Source: an uncultured Actinomycetes bacterium (lineage in GTDB: Bacteria > Actinomycetota > Thermoleophilia > Solirubrobacterales > Solirubrobacteraceae). Taken from it: 64,000 bases of DNA. Of this stretch, positions 7,676 through 17,817 are shown in pieces. The first letter of the stretch is position 1, and the number at the start of each line of letters is the position of its first letter. Location of the stretch: contig CAVUKO010000009.1 in assembly GCA_963742125.1 (NCBI GenBank), positions 87,328-151,327 of the forward strand, in the 5' to 3' direction. The notes under the pieces are model-generated. The model made no database searches. It was given only the letters and a program-made list of their open reading frames with translations, and was not told where the DNA came from. The position numbers and the translations under genes are program-made.

Positions 7676-8569
7676 CTGCACTTCGCCGACCGGCTGGATG
7701 CCCTCGTCGCGGAGCGCGAGTCCCAGGTCGTTCTGGGGCTCGATCCCGACCCTGCACGTCTGTGGCCGCAGGCCGAGGCGGCGGCGCCCGCGGTCGGGTC
7801 ACCGGCCGAGCGCGCCGCCGTCGCGGTCGCGACACACTGCGCGGCCGCCATCGACGCCGCCGGCCCGGCGTGCGTCGCCGTCAAGCCGCAGCTCGCCTGC
7901 TTCGAGCGCCTCGGCCCGCACGGCTGGCGCGTGCTGGAGCTCCTGGTCGAGCACGCGCACGCCAGCGGCCTGCTCGTGCTGGCCGATGCCAAGCGCGGCG
8001 ACATCGACGTCTCCGCCGCCGCCTACGCCCAGGCGCTCGCCGGCGAGACGCCCACGCCCTTCGGCACCGTCGCCGGCGCCGGCGCCGACGCCTATACGGC
8101 CAGCCCGTACATGGGCGTCGACTCGCTGAGCTCGCTGCGCACGCCGGGCGCGGGCCTGTTCGTCCTCGTCCGGACCTCCAACCCCGGGGCCGCCGACATG
8201 CAGGACCTGGTCACCGAGAGCGGTGATCGCGTCTGGGAGAGCGTCGCCCGGCTCGTCGACGGCCTCGGCACGCCGGGTCCCGCCAGCGGCCTGCGCGACG
8301 TGGGCGCCGTGGTCGGCGCGACCGCGCCCGAGCACCTCGCCCGCGCGCGCGAGCTCATGCCGCACACGCCGTTCCTGCTGCCCGGCGTCGGGGCGCAGGG
8401 CGGTCGCGTGGAGGACCTCGCCCCGGCCTTCGCGGCGGGTCGTGCCGGCGGCCTCGTGACCGCCTCGCGCTCGATCGTCGGCGCCCATGAGCACCACGGC
8501 GGCGAGCCGGCGCAGGCCGCGCGTCGCGAGGCCGAGCGCCTGCGCGCGCTGGCCTGGTCGCTTGGGTGA
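7676..8569 (+). CDS. pyrF: orotidine 5'-phosphate decarboxylase (type 2); start codon unresolved
   Basis: DAKRGDI motif. The conserved N-terminus FADRLDALVAERESQVVLGLDPDP lies in-frame upstream of the first canonical start (GTG 7931). Only CTG 7676 or 7634 are available. Confidence 0.8.
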   Translation: MHFADRLDALVAERESQVVLGLDPDPARLWPQAEAAAPAVGSPAERAAVAVATHCAAAIDAAGPACVAVKPQLACFERLGPHGWRVLELLVEHAHASGLLVLADAKRGDIDVSAAAYAQALAGETPTPFGTVAGAGADAYTASPYMGVDSLSSLRTPGAGLFVLVRTSNPGAADMQDLVTESGDRVWESVARLVDGLGTPGPASGLRDVGAVVGATAPEHLARARELMPHTPFLLPGVGAQGGRVEDLAPAFAAGRAGGLVTASRSIVGAHEHHGGEPAQAARREAERLRALAWSLG

Positions 8570-8949
8570 TCGGCCCCGCTCCCCGCGCCCTATGCTCCGC
8601 TCAGCCCATGGTCAATCGTCGACGTCGCAGCATCGGCCGCTGGTTGGCCCCGGTAGCCCTGATCACCTGCGTGGTGGCGGTGTACGCCGTCGTCGACAAC
8701 ACGCTGCTCAACGACGAGACCTCGTCGACGGGCACCGACAGCACGCAGCAGGCGACACCGACGAAGACGACGTCGGGCAAGGCCGCGAAGAAGAGCAAGC
8801 GCCGGCGTGCCTACATCGTGAAGGGCGGCGACACGCTGTCGGCGATCTCGATCAAGACCGGCGTCTCGCTGGCGACGATCCAGCGCCTGAACCCCAAGCT
8901 CGAAGCCGACACGCTCCACGCCGGCCAGCGGGTCAGGCTCTCGCGGTGA
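8566..8949 (+). CDS. LysM peptidoglycan-binding domain protein
   Basis: N-terminal TM segment, then YIVKGGDTLSAISIKTGVSLATIQRLNP...GQRVRL. GTG 8566 overlaps the pyrF stop; the alternative start is ATG 8608. Confidence 0.75.
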   Translation: MIGPAPRALCSAQPMVNRRRRSIGRWLAPVALITCVVAVYAVVDNTLLNDETSSTGTDSTQQATPTKTTSGKAAKKSKRRRAYIVKGGDTLSAISIKTGVSLATIQRLNPKLEADTLHAGQRVRLSR

Positions 8950-10196
8950 CCGCGCGCGACCGCCGCGCGGCGGCCGCGCTGCTCGCGGCGGCGCTTGGGC
9001 TCTTGCTCGCGCTGGCGCTCGCCCGCCCGGCGAGCGCCCCCGCCGCGGCGCCCGCCATCCGCGCGCCCGCGGCGATCGTCGTCGAGCCGGCCACCGGCGA
9101 CGTCGTCTTCCAGCGCCAGGCGAGCCGCTCGCGCCCGGTCGCCTCGACCACCAAGCTCATGACCGCCCTGGTGACGCTCGAGCACGCCAAGCTCTCGCAG
9201 GTCCTCGTCACCGTGCCCTACCGCGCGTCGCCGGCCGAGTCGATCATCGGGCTGCACGGCGGCGAGCGCATGACCGTGGCCGACCTGCTGCGGGGGCTGC
9301 TGCTCGCCAGCGCCAACGATGCGGCGGCGACGCTCGCGGCACGCGTCGGCGGCTCGCAGAGCGCCTTCGTCGCGCTCATGAACCGCCGCGCGCGCCAGCT
9401 CGGGCTGACCCACACCCACTACGCCAACGCGATCGGCCTCGACGACCCCAGCAACCACTCGAGCGCCGAGGACCTGGTCAAGCTCACGCTCATCCTGCGG
9501 CGCAACGCGTTCTTCCGCGCGGTCACCAACCTGCCGCGCGCGACGCTGCGCACGGGCGCCCATCCGCGCACGATCCTCAACCGCAACCTGCTCGTGCGAG
9601 CGGTGCCCGAGGTCAACGGCGTCAAGACGGGCCACACCTCCAGCGCGGGGTACATCCTCGTCGCCTCGGCCACCAAGGCCGGGGTGACGGTGATCTCGGT
9701 CGTGCTCGACGAGCCCAGCGAGGCGGCGCGCGATGCCGACTCGCTGGCTCTCATCCGCTACGGCCTGGCCCGCTACCACCGCGTGCGGCCGGTCCGCGCG
9801 GGGCAGGCGTTCGCCACCGTCAAGCTCGCGCATCGCGACGAGCACGTGCAGCTCGTGGCGGCGCGCACCGTGGTGCGCACGGCCCGCCGCGGGGAGAAGC
9901 TGCCGATCCGCGTCCTCGACGTGCCGCAGGAGCTCGACGGCCCGCTGCCCGCGGGATCGCGGGTGGGGACGATCCAGGTCCGCTGGCGGGGGCGGACGAT
10001 CGCGAGCGTGCCGCTGGTGACGCGCGCGGCGATCTCGGAGGCCTCTCTCTGGCAGCGCGGCGACGACGTGTTGAGTCGCACGCTGACGGTCGTGATCCTC
10101 AGCGCTCTCGCACTCGCTAGCCTCCAGTTGGTTCTCCTGCGACGTCGCGCGGTCCGGCGCCGGCGCCGCCAGGAGAGGTCCAGCGGGATCGCATGA
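8946..10196 (+). CDS. D-alanyl-D-alanine carboxypeptidase (S11 serine peptidase)
   Basis: GTGA overlap with the LysM gene. It has a signal peptide, STTK (SxxK), SAN (SxN) and KTG motifs, and a C-terminal TM anchor. Confidence 0.85.
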   Translation: MTARDRRAAAALLAAALGLLLALALARPASAPAAAPAIRAPAAIVVEPATGDVVFQRQASRSRPVASTTKLMTALVTLEHAKLSQVLVTVPYRASPAESIIGLHGGERMTVADLLRGLLLASANDAAATLAARVGGSQSAFVALMNRRARQLGLTHTHYANAIGLDDPSNHSSAEDLVKLTLILRRNAFFRAVTNLPRATLRTGAHPRTILNRNLLVRAVPEVNGVKTGHTSSAGYILVASATKAGVTVISVVLDEPSEAARDADSLALIRYGLARYHRVRPVRAGQAFATVKLAHRDEHVQLVAARTVVRTARRGEKLPIRVLDVPQELDGPLPAGSRVGTIQVRWRGRTIASVPLVTRAAISEASLWQRGDDVLSRTLTVVILSALALASLQLVLLRRRAVRRRRRQERSSGIA

Positions 10197-11152
10197 TCAT
10201 CACCGTCACCCTCAACGCGGCGATCGACAAGTCCCTATCGGTGCCCAACTTCAGGCTTGGGCGCCGACATCGCACGGTCGAGCAGACCACCATGCCGGGC
10301 GGCAAGGGGGTCAACGTGGCGCGCACGCTCAAGTCGCTCGGCCAGCCCGTGATCGCAACGGGCTTCGCCGGCGGGCCGACCGGCACGCGCATCGTCGAGC
10401 AGCTCACGGAGGAGTCGATCCTCAACGACTTCGTGCGCATCCGCGAGGAGTCGCGCACCAACACCGCGGTGCACGACCCCACCAACGGCGAGACGACCGA
10501 GATCAACGAGCGCGGCCCCGCGGTCAGCGGCAAGGAGATCGAGCTCTTCCGCGACAAGCTGATCTACCTCGCGCGCGGCGCGGACGTGGTCGTGTTCGCG
10601 GGCTCGCTGCCGCGCGGCGTCGAGGCCGACGTCTACGCGCAGCTCATCAAGGAGGTGCGCAAGGCCGGCGTGCAGACGGTGGTCGACGCCGACGGCGACC
10701 CGATGCGCCTGGCCGTGCGCGCGGAGCCCGACGTGATCTCGCCCAACGTGATCGAGGCCGAGGAGCTCGTCGGCCACGAGTTCAACGACGACGAGGACCG
10801 CGTCATCGCGGTGCGCGAGATGGTGGCCCTCGGCGCCCGCGAGGCGATCATGACGCTGCCCGACGGATGTGTCGCATCGGTGCTGCTCGACGGCGCGCCC
10901 ACGCTGCATCGCGTGTGGATCGAGCCGCGCGAGGCGGTCGCCGCCGTGGGCGCCGGCGATGCCTTCCTGGCCGGCTTCGTCGCCGCCCGCTACACCGGCT
11001 CGCCCGCGGCGGAGTGCCTGCGCTTCGGCGTGGCCTGCGGGGCGGAGTCGACCCAGCGCCTCGGCGCCGGCCTGATCGAGCCGCGCGAGGTCGAGCGGCT
11101 GCTCGGCGAGATCGAGGTGCAGCGCCTCGAGACGCCCGCTGAAGTGCCCTGA
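10193..11152 (+). CDS. pfkB: PfkB-family sugar kinase (1-phosphofructokinase-like)
   Basis: ATGA overlap with the upstream gene. GGKGVNVA and GAGDAF motifs. Confidence 0.8.
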   Translation: MIITVTLNAAIDKSLSVPNFRLGRRHRTVEQTTMPGGKGVNVARTLKSLGQPVIATGFAGGPTGTRIVEQLTEESILNDFVRIREESRTNTAVHDPTNGETTEINERGPAVSGKEIELFRDKLIYLARGADVVVFAGSLPRGVEADVYAQLIKEVRKAGVQTVVDADGDPMRLAVRAEPDVISPNVIEAEELVGHEFNDDEDRVIAVREMVALGAREAIMTLPDGCVASVLLDGAPTLHRVWIEPREAVAAVGAGDAFLAGFVAARYTGSPAAECLRFGVACGAESTQRLGAGLIEPREVERLLGEIEVQRLETPAEVP

Positions 11153-11180
11153 AGCGCCCGCGGCTAATACCGTACGCGCG

Positions 11181-11897
11181 ATGCTCGGGCTGCCGGACGG
11201 GATCACCGCCTGCCTCTTCGACCTCGACGGCGTCCTGACCAAGACGGCCGAGGTCCATGCGCGCGCCTGGAAGCAGACCTTCGACGCCTTCCTGAAGGCT
11301 CGCGGGGAGCAGCCCTTCGACCTCGTGCGCGACTACGACGAGTACGTCGACGGCAAGCCGCGCCTGGACGGCGTGCGCGACTTCCTGGCCTCGCGCGGGA
11401 TCGAGCTGCCGGAGGGCTCGCCCGACGATCCGCCGGACGCGCAGACGATCCACGGCCTGGCCAACGCCAAGAACGAGCTCGTGCTGCGCCTCATCCGCGA
11501 TGAGGGAGTCGAGCCCTACGAGGGCTCGGTGCGCTACCTGCACGCCGCGCGCGACGCCGGCCTGCGGCGGGCGGTGGTCTCCTCGAGCCACAACTGCCAC
11601 GACGTGCTGGTGGCGGCCGGGATCGAGGACCTGCTCGAGGTCCGCGTCGACGGCATCGTCGCCGAGGAGCGCGGGCTGAGGGGCAAGCCCGCGCCGGACA
11701 CCTTCCTCGAGGGGGCGCGCGAGCTCGGCGTCGCCCCCGAGCACGCCGCGGTCTTCGAGGACGCGCTGGCGGGCGTGCAGGCCGGGCGCGCGGGCGGCTT
11801 CGGCTACGTCGTCGGCGTCGACCGCGCCGGCCAGCGCGACGCGCTGCTCGCCCACGGCGCGACGGTCGTCGTCGACGACCTCGCCGAGCTGCTGTGA
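11181..11897 (+). CDS. pgmB: beta-phosphoglucomutase-family HAD hydrolase
   Basis: LFDLDGVLT (DxDG) motif and HAD core. It lies directly upstream of a GH65 phosphorylase. Confidence 0.8.
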   Translation: MLGLPDGITACLFDLDGVLTKTAEVHARAWKQTFDAFLKARGEQPFDLVRDYDEYVDGKPRLDGVRDFLASRGIELPEGSPDDPPDAQTIHGLANAKNELVLRLIRDEGVEPYEGSVRYLHAARDAGLRRAVVSSSHNCHDVLVAAGIEDLLEVRVDGIVAEERGLRGKPAPDTFLEGARELGVAPEHAAVFEDALAGVQAGRAGGFGYVVGVDRAGQRDALLAHGATVVVDDLAELL

Positions 11898-14257
11898 TCG
11901 TCCAGCCGCACTTCTCGGTCGAGCCGTGGGCCGTCACCGAGGAAGAGCTCGACTTCGACATGCTGGCGCAGGCCGAGTCGGTCCTCGCGCTCTCCAACGG
12001 CCACATCGGGCTGCGGGCCAACCTCGACGAGGGCGAGCCGTTCGGCATGCCCGGGACGTACCTCAACGCCTTCTACGAGGTGCGCCCGCTGCCCTACGCC
12101 GAGGCCGGCTACGGCTACCCGGAGGACGGCCAGACCGTCGTCAACGTCACCAACGGCAAGCTCATCCGCCTGCTGGTCGACGACGAGCCCTTCGACGTGC
12201 GCTACGGCCAGCTGGTCTCGCACCGCCGGACGCTCGACCTGCGCGCCGGGGTGCTGCGCCGCGAGGTCCACTGGCGCTCGCCGGCGGGCCGCGAGATCCG
12301 CGTGCGCTCGGTGCGCCTCGTGTCCTTCGTGCACCGCGCGGTGGCAGCGATCCGCTACGAGGTGGCAGCCGCTCGACGGCGAGACGCGGATCGTCCTGCA
12401 GTCCGAGCTGGTGGCCAACGAGGACGTCCCGGCTCGCAGCGAGGACCCGCGCGCGGCCGCCATCCTGAGCGCGCCGCTCGTCGCCGAGTTCGACGGCATC
12501 CACGACCTGCGCTCGCTGCTCGTGCACAGGACGCGCACGAGCGCCCTGCGGATGGCGGCCGTGATGGACCACTTGGTCGACGGGCCGGAGGGCACGGTGA
12601 CCGAGAACGAGAGCATGCCCGACATGGCGCGCGTGACGGTGAGCGCCGAGGTCGGCCACGGCGAGACGCTGACGCTGACCAAGCTGCTGGCCTACGGATG
12701 GTCGAGCGAGCGGTCGATGGTGTCGATCCGCGACCAGGCCGACGCGGCGATCTCGTCGGCGCGACGCACCGGCTTCGACGGCCTGCTCGAAGACCAGCGC
12801 GAGTACCTCGACGACTTCTGGGAGCGCGCGGACGTCGAGATCGACGGCGACGACGAGCTCCAGCAGGCCGTGCGCTTCGCGCTCTTCCACACGCTGCAGG
12901 CGGCCGCGCGGGCCGAGAAGCGCGCGATCCCCGCCAAGGGGCTGACCGGCGACGGCTACGACGGTCACGTCTTCTGGGACACCGAGAGCTACGTCCTGCC
13001 CGTGCTGACCTACACCGCGCCCGACGCCGTCCGCGACGCGCTGTGCTGGCGGCACTCGACGCTCGACCTCGCCACCGAGCGCGCGCGCACGCTGCGCCTG
13101 GAGGGCGCCGCGTTCCCCTGGCGGACGATCCGCGGGCACGAGTGCTCGGCCTACTGGCCGGCCGGCACGGCCGCCTTCCACATCAACGCCGACATCTCCG
13201 ACGCGGTGCTGCGCTACGTGAACGCGACCGCCGACGAGGATTTCGCGCGCGCCGCCGGGCTCGAGCTGCTGGTGGCGACGGCGCGGCTGTGGCGCTCGCT
13301 CGGCCACCACGACGCGCGCGGGACGTTCCACATCGACGGCGTCACGGGGCCCGACGAGTACTCGGCGATCGCCGACGACAACGTCTACACGAACCTCCTG
13401 GCCGCCCGGAACCTGGCCGGCGCGGCGGAGTCGTGCGCGCGCCATCGCGAGCGAGGCCGCGGCGCTCGGGGTCGACGACGAGGAGATGGCCGCGTGGCGC
13501 GACGCGGCCGCCAAGATCGCCGTGCCCTACGACGAGGAGCTGGGCGTCCACCAGCAGTCGGCGGGCTACACGCGCCACGAGCCGCTGGGACTTCGAGGCG
13601 ACCGACCCCGACGAGTACCCGCTGTTGCTGCACTTCCCCTACTTCGACCTCTATCGCAAGCAGGTCGTCAAGCAGGCCGACCTCGTGCTCGCGATGGTCG
13701 CCTGCGGCGATCGCTTCACCGCCGAGGAGAAGGCGCGCGCCTTCGCCTACTACGAGCCGCTGACGGTCCGCGACTCGTCGCTCTCGGCCTCCGTGCAGGC
13801 GGTGCTCGCCGCCGAGGTCGGCCACCTCGAGCTGGCCTTCGACTACTTCGGCGAGGCCGCGCTGATGGACCTCGACGACCTCGAGCACAACACGCGCGAC
13901 GGGCTCCACATGGCCTCGCTGGCCGGCTCCTGGATCGCGGCGGTCGCGGGGTTCGGCGGCTTTCGCGACCACGGGGAAGGCTTCTCCTTCGACCCGCGCC
14001 TGCCGCCCCACCTGGAGCGCCTCGCCTTCGGGCTCGTCCTGCGCGGGCGCCGGCTGCGGGTGGAGATCGTGCCGGGCGAGGCGCGCTACGAGCTGCGCGA
14101 CGGCGAGGCGCTCGAGCTGCGCCACCGAGGCACGCCGTTCACGCTCGAGCAGGGCAGCCCGCAGGCCCATCCGTGGCGCGCGCCGAGCGCCGGAGAGGCC
14201 CCCGAGCAGCCCGCGCATCGCGCGCCCAGCCGGCGCCGCCCGCGCGGCTCCGGCTGA
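11894..14257 (+). pseudogene. GH65 glycoside phosphorylase (maltose/trehalose/kojibiose type) with three +1 frameshifts
   Basis: Conserved sequence runs through frame 2 (11894 onward), frame 0 (from about 12369), frame 1 (from about 13441) and back to frame 2 (from about 13586). GDGYDGHVFWDTE motif. Extra nucleotides sit at about 12368, 13440 and 13585. Confidence 0.85.
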
Positions 14258-14331
14258 CGCCAGAGCGCGGTGCTAAGGTGGATCGATCGTGGTCTGCCGC
14301 CGCCACAGGCCCGACGAAAGACCCTACCTGC

Positions 14332-14351
14332 GACCCCGCCTGCGCGGGGTC
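14332..14351 (+). terminator. candidate intrinsic terminator after the GH65 gene
   Basis: gaccccgc ctgc gcggggtc (8-bp GC stem) followed by ttctcg. Confidence 0.45.
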
Positions 14352-14383
14352 TTCTCGTCCGCCCGCGACCCTAGGATGACTTG

Positions 14384-15637
14384 ATGGAGATCGAGATCGG
14401 CCGCGGGAAGAAGGCCCGCCGCGCGTATGGCTTCGACGATGTCGCGATCGTGCCCTCCCGGCGCACGCGTGACCCCGACGACATCGACATCTCCTGGAAG
14501 CTCGGCGACTACCGCTTCGAGCTGCCCCTGCTCGCGTCGGCCATGGACGGTGTCGTCTCGCCGGAGACGGCCAAGATCATCGGCAAGCTCGGCGGCCTGG
14601 CCGTCCTGAACCTCGAGGGGATCTGGACGCGCTTCGAGGACGCCGACGCAGAGCTCGAGCGCATCGCGCAGCTCCCCAAGGACGCTGCCACGCGCGAGAT
14701 GCAGGCGATCTACCAGGAGCCGATCAAGCCCGAGCTGATCTCGCGGCGCATCGAGGAGATCAAGGCCGAGCCCGGCGTGGTCGCCGCGGCGTCCCTGACA
14801 CCCCAGCGCGTGGCCGGCTACTACGAGATGGCGCTCGAGGCAGGCTTGGACATCCTCGTCATCCAGGGCACGGTGGTCTCGGCGGAGCACGTCTCGCAGA
14901 CCTCGACGCCGCTGAACCTCAAGGAGTTCATCCGCGAGGTCGGCGTCCCCGTCATCGTGGGCGGCTGCGCCTCCTACCACACCGGTCTTCACCTCATGCG
15001 CACGGGCGCGGCCGGCGTCCTGGTCGGCGTCGGCCCCGGCGCGGCGTGCACCACGCGCGGCGTGCTGGGCCTCGGCGTCCCGCAGGCCACCGCCATCGCC
15101 GACGTGGCCGGCGCGCGCTCGACGCACATGCTCGAGACCGGCGAGTACGTGCAGGTCATCGCCGACGGCGGCATGCGTACCGGGGGCGACGTCTCCAAGG
15201 CGATCGCCTGCGGCGCGGACGCGGTGATGATCGGCTCCCCGCTGGCGCGCGCCTACGAGGCGCCGGGGCATGGCTTCCACTGGGGCATGGCGACCTTCCA
15301 CCCGACGCTCCCGCGCGGGGCGCGCGTGCAGACCGTCCAGAACGGCACGCTGCGCGAGATCCTCACGGGGCCCGCCCATGAGAACGACGGCAGCTTCAAC
15401 CTCATGGGCGCGCTGCGCACCTCGATGGCGACGTGCGGCTACAAGGACCTCGCCGAGTTCAACCGCGCCGAGCTCATGATCGCCCCCTCGCTGCAGACCG
15501 AGGGCAAGGCGCTGCAGACCTCCCAGGGCGTGGGCATGGGCTCACGCGGCGCGGCGGCCTCCGCGCACCCGGACAAGCCGAACGGCAACGGCACGCCAGC
15601 CGCAGACAAGGCCCCCGCATTGACGGGGGCGGATTGA
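14384..15637 (+). CDS. IMP dehydrogenase-family protein without CBS pair (GuaB3-like)
   Basis: [11 protein letters not shown] and [27 protein letters not shown] motifs. I prefer ATG 14384 over TTG 14381. Confidence 0.85.
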   Translation: MEIEIGRGKKARRAYGFDDVAIVPSRRTRDPDDIDISWKLGDYRFELPLLASAMDGVVSPETAKIIGKLGGLAVLNLEGIWTRFEDADAELERIAQLPKDAATREMQAIYQEPIKPELISRRIEEIKAEPGVVAAASLTPQRVAGYYEMALEAGLDILVIQGTVVSAEHVSQTSTPLNLKEFIREVGVPVIVGGCASYHTGLHLMRTGAAGVLVGVGPGAACTTRGVLGLGVPQATAIADVAGARSTHMLETGEYVQVIADGGMRTGGDVSKAIACGADAVMIGSPLARAYEAPGHGFHWGMATFHPTLPRGARVQTVQNGTLREILTGPAHENDGSFNLMGALRTSMATCGYKDLAEFNRAELMIAPSLQTEGKALQTSQGVGMGSRGAAASAHPDKPNGNGTPAADKAPALTGAD

Positions 15638-17250
15638 GCGAGCACGGGGTAGTCACGGCCGCGACCGCCGGCACGGAGCTGGCGGACGAGAGCGCGCCGG
15701 TCGACGTCCCGCGCGCCGTCGACGAGGTCGTCGTCCTCGACTACGGCGGGCAGTACTCGCAGCTCATCGCGCGGCGGGTGCGCGAGTGCGGCGTCTTCAG
15801 CGAGCTGCTTCCCCATCACGTCGGCGCCGAGGAGGTCGCGCGGCGCAAGCCGAAGGGGCTGATCCTCTCCGGCGGCCCGGCGTCGGTCTACGCCGACGGG
15901 GCGCCCAAGCTCGATCCCGCGCTGCTCGAGCTCGGGATCCCGGTGCTGGGCATCTGCTACGGCATGCAGCTGCTGGCCGTCAAGCTCGGCGGGCGCGTCG
16001 AGGGCGCCGAGGTCGGCGAGTTCGGCCGCTCCAAGCTCACCGTCTCCGACAACGGCCGGCTGCTCGCCGGCCTGCCGGCCGAGCAGAGCTGCTGGATGTC
16101 GCACCGCGACACCGTCTTCGCGCCGCCGCCGGGCTTCCGGGCGCTGGCCTCGTCGACCGAGTCGCCCGTGGCCGCGTTCGAGTCGCAGGAGCGCGGGATC
16201 TACGGCATCCAGTTCCACCCAGAGGTCGTGCACACGCCCTTCGGGCAGGACATCCTCAAGCGCTTCCTGCACGACGTGTGCGAGTGCGACATGGCGTGGT
16301 CGCCGGCCTCGATCGTCGAGGACCAGATCGCGCGCATCCGCGACCAGGTCGGCGACGCCAAGGTCATCTGCGGGCTGAGCGGCGGCGTCGACTCCTCGGT
16401 CGCGGCGCTGCTCGTGCACCGCGCGATCGGCGACCAGCTCACCTGCGTCTTCGTCGACCACGGGCTGATGCGCAAGAACGAGGGCGAGCAGGTCATCTCC
16501 GCCTTCCGCGACACCTTCAAGGTCCCGCTCGTCGCCGTCGACGCCGAGACGCGCTTCCTCGACAAGCTCACCGGCATCACCGAGCCCGAGCGCAAGCGCA
16601 AGGTCATCGGCGCCGAGTTCATCCGCGTCTTCGAGGAGGAGGCGGCGAAGATCGGCGACGCGCACTTCCTCGTGCAGGGGACCCTGTACTCCGACGTCAT
16701 CGAGTCCGGCGGCGGCACGGGGGCGGCGACGATCAAGTCCCACCACAACGTCGGCGGCCTGCCCGACGACCTGCAGTTCGAGCTCGTCGAGCCGCTGCGC
16801 GCCCTGTTCAAGGACGAGGTACGTGCCGTCGGCGCCGAGCTCGGGCTCCCCGAGCGCCTGGTGTGGCGCCAGCCCTTCCCGGGCCCGGGCCTCGCCATCC
16901 GGATCGTGGGCGGCGAGGCGACCAAGGAGCGCCTCGACGTCCTGCGCGACGCCGACTTCATCCTGCAGGACGAGATCCGCAACGCCGGCCTCTATCGCGA
17001 GCTGTGGCAGAGCTTCTGCGTCCTGCCCGACGTGCGCACCGTCGGCGTCCAGGGCGACGAGCGCACGTACGGCTACGTGGTCGTCATCCGCGCCGTCACC
17101 AGCGACGACGCGATGACCGCCGACTGGGCGCGCCTGCCCTACGACCTGCTCGAGCAGATCGCCGCACGCATGATCGGGGAGCTCAGGGAGGTCAACCGGG
17201 TCGTGCTGGACATCACGTCCAAGCCTCCGGGCACCATCGAGTGGGAATAA
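15634..17250 (+). CDS. guaA: GMP synthase (glutamine-hydrolysing)
   Basis: GICYGMQ amidotransferase motif, SGGVDSSV P-loop and C-terminal [11 protein letters not shown] 15634 is the only canonical in-frame start and overlaps the upstream stop (TTGA). Confidence 0.9.
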   Translation: MSEHGVVTAATAGTELADESAPVDVPRAVDEVVVLDYGGQYSQLIARRVRECGVFSELLPHHVGAEEVARRKPKGLILSGGPASVYADGAPKLDPALLELGIPVLGICYGMQLLAVKLGGRVEGAEVGEFGRSKLTVSDNGRLLAGLPAEQSCWMSHRDTVFAPPPGFRALASSTESPVAAFESQERGIYGIQFHPEVVHTPFGQDILKRFLHDVCECDMAWSPASIVEDQIARIRDQVGDAKVICGLSGGVDSSVAALLVHRAIGDQLTCVFVDHGLMRKNEGEQVISAFRDTFKVPLVAVDAETRFLDKLTGITEPERKRKVIGAEFIRVFEEEAAKIGDAHFLVQGTLYSDVIESGGGTGAATIKSHHNVGGLPDDLQFELVEPLRALFKDEVRAVGAELGLPERLVWRQPFPGPGLAIRIVGGEATKERLDVLRDADFILQDEIRNAGLYRELWQSFCVLPDVRTVGVQGDERTYGYVVVIRAVTSDDAMTADWARLPYDLLEQIAARMIGELREVNRVVLDITSKPPGTIEWE

Positions 17251-17260
17251 CCTGAGGGCC

Positions 17261-17626
17261 ATGGGCTTCGTTCGCCATCGCCAGTCGCCGCGCGCGTGGG
17301 ATGACGTCGCGCCGGCGGCCTACGACGACCCCTCGCTGGAGGGCGTCGAGCGCCACGACCTGATCGGCGCGCTCGACGAGGTGCCGAACTACCACGTGCG
17401 CTACTTCCACGTGGAACCGGGCAAGCAGACGCGGCGCGAGCACCATCCCCACGACCACGGCGTCGTGATCCAGACGGGCCGCGCCCGCGTGACGCTCGGC
17501 GAAGAGGTCCACGAGGTGGGCCCGGGCGACGTCGTTTACGTGTCCGGCGACGAGCTGCACTGCTTCGAGGCCATCGGCGACGAGCCGCTCGGCTTCATCT
17601 GCGTGATTCCGCCGCTCGCCCGCTAA
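17261..17626 (+). CDS. cupin domain protein
   Basis: 121 aa with HHPHDHGVV...GDVVYV...H cupin motifs. Confidence 0.75.
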   Translation: MGFVRHRQSPRAWDDVAPAAYDDPSLEGVERHDLIGALDEVPNYHVRYFHVEPGKQTRREHHPHDHGVVIQTGRARVTLGEEVHEVGPGDVVYVSGDELHCFEAIGDEPLGFICVIPPLAR

Positions 17627-17637
17627 AGTCGGCGGCC

Positions 17638-17817
17638 ATGGATCAAGAGTTCGAGCGTTTCCGGCCCCTCGGGGCGGCACCCGGCCACGCGCCCAAGTAC
17701 GACAAGCTCGTCATGCGCGACGGCCGGTTCTTCCTGCAGGGGACGCTTCCCACGGGCGAGCCGTTCTCGGTCCAGCTCGGCCCGTCGGACTCGAGCTCCG
17801 ACCCGCCCTCGCGCTAG
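17638..17817 (+). CDS. hypothetical 59-aa protein
   Basis: ATG 17638 to TAG 17815-17817, just below the ORF-track cutoff. GC3-rich codons: MDQEFERFRPLGAAPGHAPKYDKLVMRDGRFFLQG... Confidence 0.35.
   Translation: MDQEFERFRPLGAAPGHAPKYDKLVMRDGRFFLQGTLPTGEPFSVQLGPSDSSSDPPSR

Noticed and set aside
15439-17262. 607-aa ORF on the minus strand, with similar very long ORFs at 2683..4482(-), 23728..25608(-), 25862..28270(+), 40255..42657(+, 5' part), 56720..57685(-) and 59041..61023(+)
   Set aside because: Each lies antisense to or out of frame with a gene carrying unmistakable conserved motifs (guaA, murI, glmM, GH3, alr, calpain-like protease, ctaD). Their translations are Arg/Ala/Gly/Pro-rich low-complexity strings typical of stop-poor frames in very GC-rich DNA.
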